Positions 19,863-29,816 are shown, counted from the stretch's first letter. The stretch is 64,000 nt of DNA from Yeosuana marina (GCF_011762485.1 NZ_JAAKGI010000001.1:385962-449961); one strand, 5' to 3'. Program-made: numbers and translations. Notes: generated by a model from the letters alone, not told the origin.

Positions 19863-20581
19863 TGATTGTTTCAACCCATGCAATTGTAATTTCAAAACTA
19901 CGATATCGCGATCATGATTTAATTGTAAAATGTTACACGCAGCAATACGGGGTGCTGAGTTTTTTATTACGAGGTGTTTTAAAAAGCAAAAAAGGACTTG
20001 CCAAAACAGCCTATTTTCAATTATTAACGCAATTACAATTGGTTATTGTTTATAACCCTAACAGGTCGTTGCACTCTATAAAAGAAGCCAAACTTAACCA
20101 TTTGTACAGCAGCTTACATTCTAATGTATCAAAAAGTGCTATCGTTATGTTTTTGGCCGAAGTGCTGTCAAGCATATTAAAGGAGGAAGAAGAAAACAGC
20201 ACGCTTTTTAGCTATATAGAAACCACTTTATTGTGGCTAGACACCCATACCGAATGTTCAAACTTTCATTTGCTTTTTTTATTAAACTTAACAAAATATC
20301 TCGGGTTTTATCCTGAAAACACCACCGTCGATTTCCCGTTTTTTAACCTTCAAGATGGTAAGTTTCAATTGAAGCCAATGGGACCTTATACAATATCTGG
20401 TGATAATTTTAATCTCTTAAAGCAATTACTTGATACTAAGTTTGATGAGTTATCTCAGTTAAAGATAAATTCCAAGCAGCGTCAAGCATTTTTAAACATG
20501 ATGCTACAGTATTACGAACTTCATTTGGGTGATTTTAAAAAACCAAAATCGCTACAGGTATTAAACCAGGTTTTTGGCTAA
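19862..20581 (+). CDS. recO: DNA repair protein RecO
   Basis: 239 aa. N-terminal MIVSTHAIVISKLRYRDHDLIVKCYT OB-fold segment typical of Bacteroidetes RecO. Confidence 0.7.
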   Translation: MIVSTHAIVISKLRYRDHDLIVKCYTQQYGVLSFLLRGVLKSKKGLAKTAYFQLLTQLQLVIVYNPNRSLHSIKEAKLNHLYSSLHSNVSKSAIVMFLAEVLSSILKEEEENSTLFSYIETTLLWLDTHTECSNFHLLFLLNLTKYLGFYPENTTVDFPFFNLQDGKFQLKPMGPYTISGDNFNLLKQLLDTKFDELSQLKINSKQRQAFLNMMLQYYELHLGDFKKPKSLQVLNQVFG

Positions 20582-20586
20582 CTAGT

Positions 20587-20708
20587 GTCATTACGAGGAG
20601 CAAAGCGATGACGTAATCTTTTTATTTGGAGTTAAAAAGTCTATAGATTGCTTTGTTTTACTTGCAATGGCATTAAATTAGTGACTAACTGAGTTAGCAA
20701 TGACAAGT
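20587..20708. repeat. Degenerate copy of the composite repeat element (T1 hairpin + T2 pair) seen around the GIY-YIG ORF
   Basis: GTCATTACGAGGAGCAAAGCGATGACGTAATC followed by GATTGCTTTGTTTTACTTGCAATGGC and ...GTTAGCAATGACAAG. Module order matches 26556..26682. Confidence 0.45.
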
Positions 20709-20715
20709 TTTAAAC

Positions 20716-22917
20716 TTAATTTAAAATAGCTTTTTTGGTCACTAAAGAACCATTCGATAATTCAATGTTCGCAATAAAAATGGATTGATTTAAATGAGGA
20801 AGATTGTAAGTTTCTTCGCTGTTAACACCCTTTAATTTATATAACATTCTTCCTTGTAAATCAATAATATTTATTGATTTAATAGACGTATTGTTCGCTA
20901 CTTTAAAGCACACTTGATTTTGTCCTTGTTTGAAAATTTTAACAGTATTACTCTCTAATGTAGCTGTATCTGTCGACAAAGCAGCGGTTTGAAATACAAT
21001 TTCAAAACGACTATTAAATTCTCCAACTTCCGAACTAAAGGTGTAGTCGTTAGCAGATAAATCATGAATTGTGTTAAGTAGGTTATCTTTTAAATAAATT
21101 GTATGTCCTTTCAAAAAATCACCTTCCATTTGCGCTATAGAAATAGTATAAACAGTTGCTTCTGTAATTTTAGTTTTAAAGCCTAGAGCAATAACTTCTT
21201 CATCAGTCAAACTGTTTACATTTTTACCTTGAATAACATACTTTTTAGATGAATTTTGAATAGTTGAATATAATAATGCGGCCCCTGAATCTGATTTTGG
21301 CGAATCATACATTAAGCCATCATTGTCATTAGTGGCGCCATCAACATATCCAACCAAAATTTGACTAAACACACCGTTGTTTGATTTTAAATCAATCCAT
21401 AATTTATTTGAAACGATGTTATTTGTGGTGTTTTTAGTGTTTGATGATTTAAAAAACTGGGTATTATCGGTAGTTCCTTTTACACGCATATTATTTTTAA
21501 AAGTCAAAATTCCATCCGCTTTTGCAGTTAGAGATACTCCTTGTCCCGAAGGTATAAATTGGGTAGGAATCACCTCGCTTGCACCCGCTACTCCAGCATG
21601 CATTCCAACAGAATAAGTGGCATAATCATTTTGACTAAATTTCCCACTACTATTTGCTGGAGTTGCTTGAGACCAAAAGGACACAGTACCTTCTATTACA
21701 GAACTATTCTCGGCGTATAACTTATCAAAATCAATAGCAGATGCATAAGGATTACCAATTAAATTTGGATGACCTTCAGAATTTGCATCACCAGTATATG
21801 CTATAGGTGTAGTTATGATTCCTGTATTAAAGGTACCCGTAAAGGTTACATAGTCTGGACCAGGAAAGGTTGATGAGGTTGACGATGTTACTGCATAGGC
21901 TACTCCGGGAATCATAACACTATTTCCTGGAGCTATTTGCCAATCATTTCCGTCATCATCAAAATTATCATTATTAGCATCTAAAAAATTACTCGCCTCA
22001 AAGTAAAACCTTCTGCTTGAAGACACATTAGGAAACGCCTCTGCTACAGTCATGTTTGCTACTGGCGAGCCCCAAAACGTATAATAATACCAGGCGTTTT
22101 TATTGGCAGTTGTTTTATTAACATGTCCTGTTCCGGTAAATGTTCCATTATCGTTTACTTGTACAAAAGCACCTTTAGTTTCTACAATAAGGTCACCATT
22201 TATAACAGCATCATTTTCCACTTCAACATAGGTTTCATTGTCAACTGTTAGTGTTTTACCAGCATTAACTGTTAGTTCTTTACAACTAAAACTTCCTCTT
22301 ATTCCAGTATTAAAATCATCGTCAATAGTCACTATTTTATTAGATGATGGAAGCACACCGTTAATCCAACTGTTGTTTCTCCAAATAGCATCTAATAATG
22401 TTCCTGTTACATTTACATTATCAAAGGTGTGAGATTTAAACCCGTCATTACGTAGTTTAACAATAATAGTTAAGTTGGAATAGCCATTATTTTGAAGATT
22501 ACTGAGTGTTATGGTTGTATCACTAAAATTATTAAATTTAGATTGTATTAAAACTTCATTTCCACCGTCTATAGAATAATAGGCACTAATATAATCACTA
22601 CTATTTATTCCCCATCCACTAACGCTCACATCTAGCGAGATATTTAAATCTGTATAATTAGAAATATCAATAGATGAACTTGTCCATACATCCTCTCCTT
22701 GAGAGTAAAACGATCTCATTTGATTGTTATTTACATCAAAAGGGCTCAACCAGGACGTATAATAATTATTAGAAGACCAGTTAGAAGTAGACGTTGTACC
22801 ATTGTTAGCGGTAAACGTTTCATTATATAGACTGGTTTGAGCATTGCTTAAAGCAACACTGCTTAAAAAAAGTATTGTAAACGCTATTAATTTGGTAATT
22901 GTAAAGTTAAATTTCAT
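20716..22917 (-). CDS. Secreted T9SS cargo protein, paralog A
   Basis: Signal peptide. C-terminal sorting domain ...IELSNGSLVTKKAILN. The core (FVQVNDNGT..., NAWYYYTFWGSPV, TFKNNMRVKGTTDNTQFFKSSNTKN, GVFSQILVGYVDGATNDNDG) is shared with 23250..25754. Confidence 0.65.
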   Translation of the reverse strand: MKFNFTITKLIAFTILFLSSVALSNAQTSLYNETFTANNGTTSTSNWSSNNYYTSWLSPFDVNNNQMRSFYSQGEDVWTSSSIDISNYTDLNISLDVSVSGWGINSSDYISAYYSIDGGNEVLIQSKFNNFSDTTITLSNLQNNGYSNLTIIVKLRNDGFKSHTFDNVNVTGTLLDAIWRNNSWINGVLPSSNKIVTIDDDFNTGIRGSFSCKELTVNAGKTLTVDNETYVEVENDAVINGDLIVETKGAFVQVNDNGTFTGTGHVNKTTANKNAWYYYTFWGSPVANMTVAEAFPNVSSSRRFYFEASNFLDANNDNFDDDGNDWQIAPGNSVMIPGVAYAVTSSTSSTFPGPDYVTFTGTFNTGIITTPIAYTGDANSEGHPNLIGNPYASAIDFDKLYAENSSVIEGTVSFWSQATPANSSGKFSQNDYATYSVGMHAGVAGASEVIPTQFIPSGQGVSLTAKADGILTFKNNMRVKGTTDNTQFFKSSNTKNTTNNIVSNKLWIDLKSNNGVFSQILVGYVDGATNDNDGLMYDSPKSDSGAALLYSTIQNSSKKYVIQGKNVNSLTDEEVIALGFKTKITEATVYTISIAQMEGDFLKGHTIYLKDNLLNTIHDLSANDYTFSSEVGEFNSRFEIVFQTAALSTDTATLESNTVKIFKQGQNQVCFKVANNTSIKSINIIDLQGRMLYKLKGVNSEETYNLPHLNQSIFIANIELSNGSLVTKKAILN

Positions 22918-23185
22918 AATTAAAATAGTTTTGGGGACTAATTTTAAATGTATGGTCGTTTTATCGACGATTTTTACATGTAATATCTTTTCATCTGTTT
23001 TTTTTATATTTGTTTGCAGTTTATCGGAATTTATTGCATTTCAAACAACTGATAATCAAATACTTAGCAAATTTATTATATAGGATAGATTGTTCAATAA
23101 AAATTAGATTAATGGTTAATATATTTGTTGAAACGAGTTAAAATGGTAGAAACAGTCTTTTTTTATTTTTAAATAAGTACGTAAA

Positions 23186-23226
23186 AACCCAGAGTCTTTT
23201 GAGTTGCGCTCAAAAGACTCTGGGTT
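23186..23226 (-). terminator. Strong intrinsic terminator for the 23250..25754 gene
   Basis: Perfect 18-bp stem AACCCAGAGTCTTTTGAG-ttgcg-CTCAAAAGACTCTGGGTT. On the minus strand it is followed by TTTACGTACTTATTT. Confidence 0.6.
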
Positions 23227-23249
23227 ACACTAGAAGTACAGTCAATAAG

Positions 23250-25754
23250 TTACTTTTTAATGGCTTTTTTGGTAATTACTGAACCATTAGATAATTCTAT
23301 TTTAGCAATGAATACAGCATTTTTTAGGTTGGCTAACTTATACGTTTCTATGTTATGACTTCCTTTTAATTGATATAATTGACGCCCTAACAAATCAAAA
23401 ATAGTCACTGTTTTAATGTTGAGGTTGTTAGATGCTTTAAAGCTTACATGCGTATCATCAATTTGCAAAATTTTTACCGTCGAGTTATCCAATTGAACGT
23501 CTGCCGTAGATAAGGTGTTACTAGCTTTAAATACAATTTGAAAACGGTCGTTAAACTCACCAACGTCTGATGTAAATGTATAATCGGAAGTTGATAAATC
23601 GTGTAAGATATTGGTAAGGTTGTCAAGTACATAGATGGTATTAGTACTTAAAAAATCACCTTGTAGTTTTGCTATAGACAAGGTGTACAGGGTGGGTACA
23701 TCAATTTGGGTGCTAAAACCAAGGTTTATAATTTCATCTTCATTTAAACTGCTTTCAGATTTACCTTGAATAGCAAACACTTTGTTTGACCCTTCAATAG
23801 TAGAGTATAAAATGGCAGCTTTACTACTGGAATTTTTTTCTGCATCAAAATAGGCACCATCGTAATTATTGGTAGCCCCTTTTGTATAGCCAATAAGAGT
23901 TTGATTAAACACACCGTTATCAGAGGTTAAATTGACCCAAAGTTTGTTTATAGTTGATGTTGATGTATAGGATTTTGTATTTGAATTTTTGAAAAACTGA
24001 CTATTATCTGAAGCACCTTTTACACGCATGGAGTTATTAAAAGTTACGTAGCCTTTCGCAATAGGTTGTCCCTCAGTATTAGGAGTGGTTGAAACAGGCG
24101 TAGCTAAATCAGACATTGTAATAAAAAACCCTTGTCCTGAAGGTATAAAGTCATTTGGTTGTTCGCCATCGCCACCAGCTACACCGCCCATTCCATTAAT
24201 GATGGCATAATCAGAATCAGAAAAATTACGATCTTCGTTACCATTTGCTATTGATGAAGGCGGTGTGTTTTGCGACCATAAATAGATGGCTCCATTTGTA
24301 TAAGGGTTTCCATTAATATCAGTTCCGCTACCATTTGTTGCTATCACCGTATTAGCAGCTAAAAATGAATTAGCATCAATAGCAGACGGATACGGATTAC
24401 CAATAAAATTAAAGTTTTCATCAGCTTTTTCAGAGTCATTTCTGTAAATAGGAACTGAAATAACACCATTATTAAAGGGCCCAGAAAATGTAAATTTGAT
24501 GTGTTTGTCTGAGGTTCCTGGAGCTGTACTATATGCGAATTCTGAAAGAGTAGCAGCATAACCAACACCACGTTTCATAACGTCAGTACCACTTACCAAT
24601 TGCCAGTCATCTCCATTATCATCAATACCATCTTGTCCAGTGCTTGCTGTGCCATCATTATTTGTTTCTTTCTTAACATCTAAATAATTTTGAGCATTAA
24701 ATGAAAAAATTCTAGTAGGGTTAGCATCACTTAAAGCAACTTGTATTTGTGGTTCAAAAACAGGGGAACTCCAATAGGTATATTCATACCAAGCATTTGT
24801 TGCTGCTGTTAGTTTTTCAACTTGAATTAAATTAGGGGTTGTTAAAACGGCACCACTAACGGTTGCATCATCATTAACTTGAACAAATGCTGCTTGTGGG
24901 TTTACAAGAATAGCTCCATCGACAACAACATCATTTTGTACTTCAATAAAAGTGTTGGAAAGAGCCCCATTAATAACATCATTAATTGATAATGTAGCAC
25001 CAGAATTAACTGTTAAACTGCACGCAGAAAAACTACCATAAGTAGCTGTGTCATAGTCAGCATCAATAGTTACAGAGGTATTCGCTGTCGGTGGACTAGG
25101 AATCCATCCTCCAGCAGTCCAAGTGGAGGAATTAAGACAACATGCTGCCGGTGCGTTTCCAAAACCTATCATATTTTGTCCATCTGCAATTTGAGTAAAT
25201 CTTGTGCTTGGGTCTGTCCAACCTGCAGTGTCCCCATCACATAAGCCATTTATAATTTGTAAATTATTACCTTCTGTTGATACACCTCCACCACTCCAGG
25301 CTGTAATAGGATCATCACCACAAGTTCCAAAGGCATCTTGTAACACACCACCTAAGTATAACTGTAAGGCATCATTACCGTTAAAATCGAAACCGTATTC
25401 TTTAATATCAGAGAGGTTAGTTCCGTTAGCGATTGCATAATCTGTTAAATTTTTTGTGCCAATTACCCAAACTTCATTTGCACGTAAAGTTCCACTTGTG
25501 ATTTCTGCTCCAGGGAAACCATCGGCACAAGGATATCCGTTTCTTCCAACATAAACTTGTAAATTATTTGTACCTGAAAAAGTAATATCAGAACCTGAAA
25601 TATTATAAATTTCAATACCTTTTGGAGTTGACCCAAATGAAGTCTCTATGTATTGACTAATAATTATTTGAGATTGCCCAAACCCAAAACTCACGGCAAA
25701 AAATAGTGTTAGTACTAGAGACAGGAATTTTATAGAAGTAATTTTTGTATTCAT
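23250..25754 (-). CDS. Secreted T9SS cargo protein, paralog B, with N-terminal lamin-tail-like (LTD) domain
   Basis: Signal peptide. IIISQYIETSFGSTPKGIEIYNISGSDITF resembles LTD. Core is shared with paralog A. C-terminal sorting domain ...IELSNGSVITKKAIKK. Confidence 0.65.
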   Translation of the reverse strand: MNTKITSIKFLSLVLTLFFAVSFGFGQSQIIISQYIETSFGSTPKGIEIYNISGSDITFSGTNNLQVYVGRNGYPCADGFPGAEITSGTLRANEVWVIGTKNLTDYAIANGTNLSDIKEYGFDFNGNDALQLYLGGVLQDAFGTCGDDPITAWSGGGVSTEGNNLQIINGLCDGDTAGWTDPSTRFTQIADGQNMIGFGNAPAACCLNSSTWTAGGWIPSPPTANTSVTIDADYDTATYGSFSACSLTVNSGATLSINDVINGALSNTFIEVQNDVVVDGAILVNPQAAFVQVNDDATVSGAVLTTPNLIQVEKLTAATNAWYEYTYWSSPVFEPQIQVALSDANPTRIFSFNAQNYLDVKKETNNDGTASTGQDGIDDNGDDWQLVSGTDVMKRGVGYAATLSEFAYSTAPGTSDKHIKFTFSGPFNNGVISVPIYRNDSEKADENFNFIGNPYPSAIDANSFLAANTVIATNGSGTDINGNPYTNGAIYLWSQNTPPSSIANGNEDRNFSDSDYAIINGMGGVAGGDGEQPNDFIPSGQGFFITMSDLATPVSTTPNTEGQPIAKGYVTFNNSMRVKGASDNSQFFKNSNTKSYTSTSTINKLWVNLTSDNGVFNQTLIGYTKGATNNYDGAYFDAEKNSSSKAAILYSTIEGSNKVFAIQGKSESSLNEDEIINLGFSTQIDVPTLYTLSIAKLQGDFLSTNTIYVLDNLTNILHDLSTSDYTFTSDVGEFNDRFQIVFKASNTLSTADVQLDNSTVKILQIDDTHVSFKASNNLNIKTVTIFDLLGRQLYQLKGSHNIETYKLANLKNAVFIAKIELSNGSVITKKAIKK

Positions 25755-25785
25755 ATGCGTTCAAATTAAACTTTGTGTTTTTTAA

Positions 25786-26298
25786 ATGCCTAATATGTCT
25801 GTTTCAATTGTTACTTTTGGGTTTATGCAAGCCAAAAAAACATATACTGTACAAGAAGCTACCAAAAAACTAGAGCATTATTGTGCGTACCAAGAACGTT
25901 GTCATCAAGAGGTTAAAAACAAGCTAACCAATATGCATATGATTCCTGAGGCTATCGATGTGATTATCGTTCACCTGCTGGAACATAACTTTCTTAATGA
26001 AGAACGTTTTGCCAAAACATTTGCTAGCGGTAAGTTTAAAATTAAGAATTGGGGGAAACGCCGAATTGCTTTTGAACTTAAGAAAAAAGACGTTTCCAAA
26101 GTTAATATAAATCAAGCACTTACAGAAATATCTGACGAGGATTACATCGATGTTTTTAATGATTTAGCCGAGAAAAGAGCCAATTCAATCAAAGAGTCCA
26201 ACGTTTTTAAGAAACGAAAAAAGTTTGTGGATTATTTTTTATACCGAGGCTGGGAGTCGCATTTGGTGTATGAAAAGGCTAATGAGTTGATACAATAA
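25786..26298 (+). CDS. recX: RecX-family regulatory protein
   Basis: 170 aa. Helical repeats; the HYCAYQERCHQEV...FLNEERFA pattern resembles Bacteroidetes RecX. Confidence 0.55.
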   Translation: MPNMSVSIVTFGFMQAKKTYTVQEATKKLEHYCAYQERCHQEVKNKLTNMHMIPEAIDVIIVHLLEHNFLNEERFAKTFASGKFKIKNWGKRRIAFELKKKDVSKVNINQALTEISDEDYIDVFNDLAEKRANSIKESNVFKKRKKFVDYFLYRGWESHLVYEKANELIQ

Positions 26299-26303
26299 CC
26301 TAT

Positions 26304-26700
26304 CGTCATTACGAAGGAGGCACGACTGAAGTAATCTTTTGAATTGGAATTCATAATCTTTTGAATCGTAGTTTAGAATCATGAGATTGCTTCGCTTTGC
26401 TCGCAATGACGGTTCCAATTCGTCACTGCGAGGAATTGATGACGTGGCAGTCTTTAGTTTTGTAGTTGGTAATCATGAGATTGCTTCGCTACGCTCGCAA
26501 TGACGTTTCAATGAGGGTAAGATTGCTTCGCTACGCTCGCAATGACGTGCATTTCGTCATTACGAAGGAAGAATGACTGAAGTAATCTTTTGAATTGTAG
26601 TTTAAATCATAAGATTGCTACGCTTTGCTCGCAATGACGGTTCAATGAGACAGAGATTACTTCGCTACGCTCGCAATGACGGTTCAATGAAAACACCAAT
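26304..26700. repeat. Array of two interleaved short palindromic repeat families (T1 ~45 bp, T2 ~28 bp), left flank of the GIY-YIG ORF
   Basis: T2 consensus is GATTGCTTCGCTWYGCTCGCAATGACGG, with copies at 26385, 26479, 26521, 26613 and 26655. T1 is CGTCATTACGAAGGARGMAYGACTGAAGTAATCTTTTGAATTG at 26304 and 26556. The composite T1 + T2 pair at 26556..26682 recurs at 27042..27168. Confidence 0.7.
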
Positions 26701-26718
26701 AAATTAGTATATTTAATC

Positions 26719-27018
26719 ATGCACAAATCACATGTATATTTTATGACTAATAAAAACAACACCGTTATTTATATCGGTGTTACCAGTGATTTGTTAAAAA
26801 GGGTATATCAGCATAAAACAAAATCTTATAAAGGGTTTACACAGAAATATAGTTGTGATAAATTGGTTTATTTTGAAGAGTTTTCAGATATAAACCAAGC
26901 TATTTTAAGAGAAAAACAATTAAAATCTGGAAACAGAAAACGAAAGGAGGATTTGATTAACTCTAGCAATCCAGAGTGGAATGATTTATCTGATGGCTGG
27001 CTGTTTTATTTTGATTGA
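26719..27018 (+). CDS. Small GIY-YIG nuclease superfamily protein
   Basis: 99 aa. VYFMTNKNNTVIYIGVTSDLLKRVYQH matches the GIY...YIG motifs, with Arg and Glu downstream. Confidence 0.8.
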   Translation: MHKSHVYFMTNKNNTVIYIGVTSDLLKRVYQHKTKSYKGFTQKYSCDKLVYFEEFSDINQAILREKQLKSGNRKRKEDLINSSNPEWNDLSDGWLFYFD

Positions 27019-27021
27019 GCT

Positions 27022-27168
27022 CGTCATTACGAAGGAGGCACGTCATTACGAAGGAAGAATGACTGAAGTAATCTTTTGAATTGTAGTTTAAAGCATAAGA
27101 TTGCTTCGCTTTGCTCGCAATGACGGTTCGATGAGACAGAGATTGCTTCGCTTTGCTCGCAATGACGG
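27022..27168. repeat. Right-flank copy of the composite T1 + T2-pair repeat (direct repeat of 26556..26682)
   Basis: A partial T1 at 27022..27042 is followed by a complete T1 and two T2 copies at 27099 and 27141. I estimate ~93% identity to the left copy. Confidence 0.7.
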
Positions 27169-27234
27169 TTGCATATAAAAAAAGCGGAAAACAATTGTTT
27201 TGCTTTCCACTTTTTAAAATGATATAAAGAGCTT

Positions 27235-27726
27235 TTATAAATTAAATGTAGCTCCTAAATTTACTGTAAACTGATTGTATAATGTTTCAGCAGGTGTTAA
27301 CGTATCGGTATTAAACTTAGCAAAAGGGGTGCTTAATTCAGTAAAAATTCCAAACCCATCTGTAAAGAAATAACGCATTCCTAAATGACCACCAAAGTTT
27401 TTTAGGCTCACATCTAAACCTGGGTAAATATCAAAGTTCTCATCTATATTCACCACATTTCCTAAGTTAGCATTAAAGCGTGCTTTTAAATCAAACCGAT
27501 CTTGAAACTTGGCATCAATGGCCTCATTTACATTTAAGGCATACGATGAAGACAAACCTAACGAAATGTTTTCGCCTACACCCACATCGTAACTAGCATT
27601 AATTCCGGTTGCATTATCTTGAAAACTAGCACCTATTTGAAATTTGTCATCGCCATTACCTTTAAAGGCTTGTGCATTGATCAATGAAACAGTAAGTAAG
27701 CTAGCTATTAAAATTAGTTTTTTCAT
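27235..27726 (-). CDS. Small hypothetical outer-membrane/secreted beta-rich protein
   Basis: Signal peptide MKKLILIASLLTVSLINAQA. C-terminal ...GATFNL. Confidence 0.4.
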   Translation of the reverse strand: MKKLILIASLLTVSLINAQAFKGNGDDKFQIGASFQDNATGINASYDVGVGENISLGLSSSYALNVNEAIDAKFQDRFDLKARFNANLGNVVNIDENFDIYPGLDVSLKNFGGHLGMRYFFTDGFGIFTELSTPFAKFNTDTLTPAETLYNQFTVNLGATFNL

Positions 27727-27826
27727 GTCTTTTTTATTTTAAAATTACGAGGCAAAGATACCAATACATCGTAATAATTTTCTTAAAAAATATACAAATA
27801 ATAATGGGTTTTACCAAGTAAATGAC

Positions 27827-28699
27827 CTATGAAGTTATTCTGTTTTTAGTATGAGCTCGTATAATGGCTTGGTTGTTTTTCCAGTCAATCCATTTTTGTC
27901 CTTTTAGGCGTCTCATCATGTTGTCAAAGTTTCTCATAACCAACAGGTTATAAACAGCTTTACTTAAATTTACTGGGTTTCGGGGAATGGCACGTAAACT
28001 CATAGAAAAGCCAGGTGTTATATACCGCATATAATGCCAGTAGCCTTCGGGCATATACAATATCTCACCATGATTGAGTTGGGTTTTATAACCTTTAGCT
28101 TTAGTAAGTAGAGGCCATTTTATAAAATCGGGGTTGTTAAAATCAATATCTTCTCTGGTTATTAAAGAGTGCGGAATTTTGTATAAATAGTTACTTTGTT
28201 TTTGATCAAAGAGAATGATTTCTTTGGTTCCTTGAAAATGGAAATGAAAAATATTGGCTAAATCGATGTCATAATGCATAAATGTATAGGAATCATAACC
28301 ACCAAAAAAGAGCATAGGAATATCTTTCATAAGGCGTAAACCAAAATCTGGAAAAGTAAAATCTTTTTGAAGCTCCGGAATTTCCTTTAATGCATTCCAT
28401 AAAAAAATACGATATCTGGTAGGCTCACGCTTTAATAAGTCAATATAATCACTCATTTTCATGGTTGCATGAGGCTCATTAAAACCATCTTTATAATCTA
28501 CTGGGCGGTCATCGTACAACGGAATGGTTATATGTCCTGCCACCGTTTTCATATAGTCTAAATTCCATTTGCTATAGGCTGGCCAGTCCTCTATAAAACG
28601 CTCAATAACCACAGGCTTTTGTGGTTTAAAATAGTGTTTTAAAAACTCCTCTTTGGTAATAGTTTTTACCCTAGGAATATCTTGTAGATTAAGTGCCAT
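27827..28699 (-). CDS. Cupin-like (JmjC-type) domain protein
   Basis: FMHYD...H and LNHGEILYMPEGYWHYMRY resemble the JmjC/cupin_8 HxD...H metal site. Confidence 0.5.
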   Translation of the reverse strand: MALNLQDIPRVKTITKEEFLKHYFKPQKPVVIERFIEDWPAYSKWNLDYMKTVAGHITIPLYDDRPVDYKDGFNEPHATMKMSDYIDLLKREPTRYRIFLWNALKEIPELQKDFTFPDFGLRLMKDIPMLFFGGYDSYTFMHYDIDLANIFHFHFQGTKEIILFDQKQSNYLYKIPHSLITREDIDFNNPDFIKWPLLTKAKGYKTQLNHGEILYMPEGYWHYMRYITPGFSMSLRAIPRNPVNLSKAVYNLLVMRNFDNMMRRLKGQKWIDWKNNQAIIRAHTKNRITS

Positions 28700-28850
28700 T
28701 AATATTATTTAATGAATCTGTAAAGTTAAGCAAACGTTACCAAATTAAGAATAGTATTTTGATATTCTCTTAAAGGTTTTACCTTCTGGAATTTAGGATA
28801 TTTTGCTTTAACAAATGTATAAAACCGTGACATCTGAGATAAAAAAACAA

Positions 28851-29816
28851 CTATTTTAGCTCGAAAAACGTATCAAAAAGTGCATAAAACTTTTCAGGTT
28901 CTTCTAAATAGGGATTGTGCCCACTATTCTCAAACATTACAAACTGTGCTTGTGGCATAAAAGTTTTATACTGCACATTAAATTCGGGTGTAGATACGCC
29001 ATCATACCTACCAGCAACTATGAGTGTTTTAGCGGTTACATTTTTTAGTTGTTGCCTAAAATCTTGGTTAATCATGCTGCCACTAACATCAAAATCACCA
29101 TCTCTCCCAATAATAGTGGTATAGACATCGTTCGCCCAACCGCGATACGGTTCTTTAGGTGCAATTCCTTGAATAGATGTATCGTGATAATATACATATT
29201 TGGTTGGAATATTGGCATATAATGATTTTAATGGTTCTTGGCTCGACACGTAACCTAAGGCTCTTAAAGAATCAACTTGTTTCCATTTTTCTGGAAAATG
29301 AGTTTTAGCATAAAAGTTGTAGCTATCGCAGTTCGCTTGCCACATGGTGCCACTATGGAAACCGCTAATAAGCATTAATTTATCAACGTTATTGGGGTAT
29401 TTAATAGCATAGGCTTGTGCAGGCACAGTTCCGTAAGAATGCCCAACAATCGATATTTTATCAAACTTTAAAAGCGTTCTTAGCTTTTCAATAAGAGCGA
29501 CATCATTTTCAACTGAATATTCAGATTTATCTTTGGCATCATCACTTTTTCCGCGTCCTAAAAAATCAAAAAATACGACCGTATTGGTTTTGTAATACTG
29601 GCCAAAATTGGCTTGCATATAGTCATGAGAATTTCCTGGGCCGCCAGGTAAAAAGAAAATAGGATCGCCAGTTCCTTTGACTTCTACATTAATCTTGTAG
29701 TTATCAATGACATAGAATTTAGATTCAAATTTATTGAAGATGTCTGGGTCTCTTTGTGAATAAGCATTAAAAGATAATAATATACCTAAACATAATGCTA
29801 ACGTAGTACGTTTCAT
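28851..29816 (-). CDS. Secreted alpha/beta-fold hydrolase
   Basis: Signal peptide. Nucleophile elbow IVGHSYGT (GxSxG). Confidence 0.65.
   Translation of the reverse strand: MKRTTLALCLGILLSFNAYSQRDPDIFNKFESKFYVIDNYKINVEVKGTGDPIFFLPGGPGNSHDYMQANFGQYYKTNTVVFFDFLGRGKSDDAKDKSEYSVENDVALIEKLRTLLKFDKISIVGHSYGTVPAQAYAIKYPNNVDKLMLISGFHSGTMWQANCDSYNFYAKTHFPEKWKQVDSLRALGYVSSQEPLKSLYANIPTKYVYYHDTSIQGIAPKEPYRGWANDVYTTIIGRDGDFDVSGSMINQDFRQQLKNVTAKTLIVAGRYDGVSTPEFNVQYKTFMPQAQFVMFENSGHNPYLEEPEKFYALFDTFFELK

Noticed and set aside
26385-27168. CRISPR array
   Set aside because: Irregular spacing, conserved 'spacers', two interleaved repeat families and no cas genes. It is better explained as a REP/MITE-like element.
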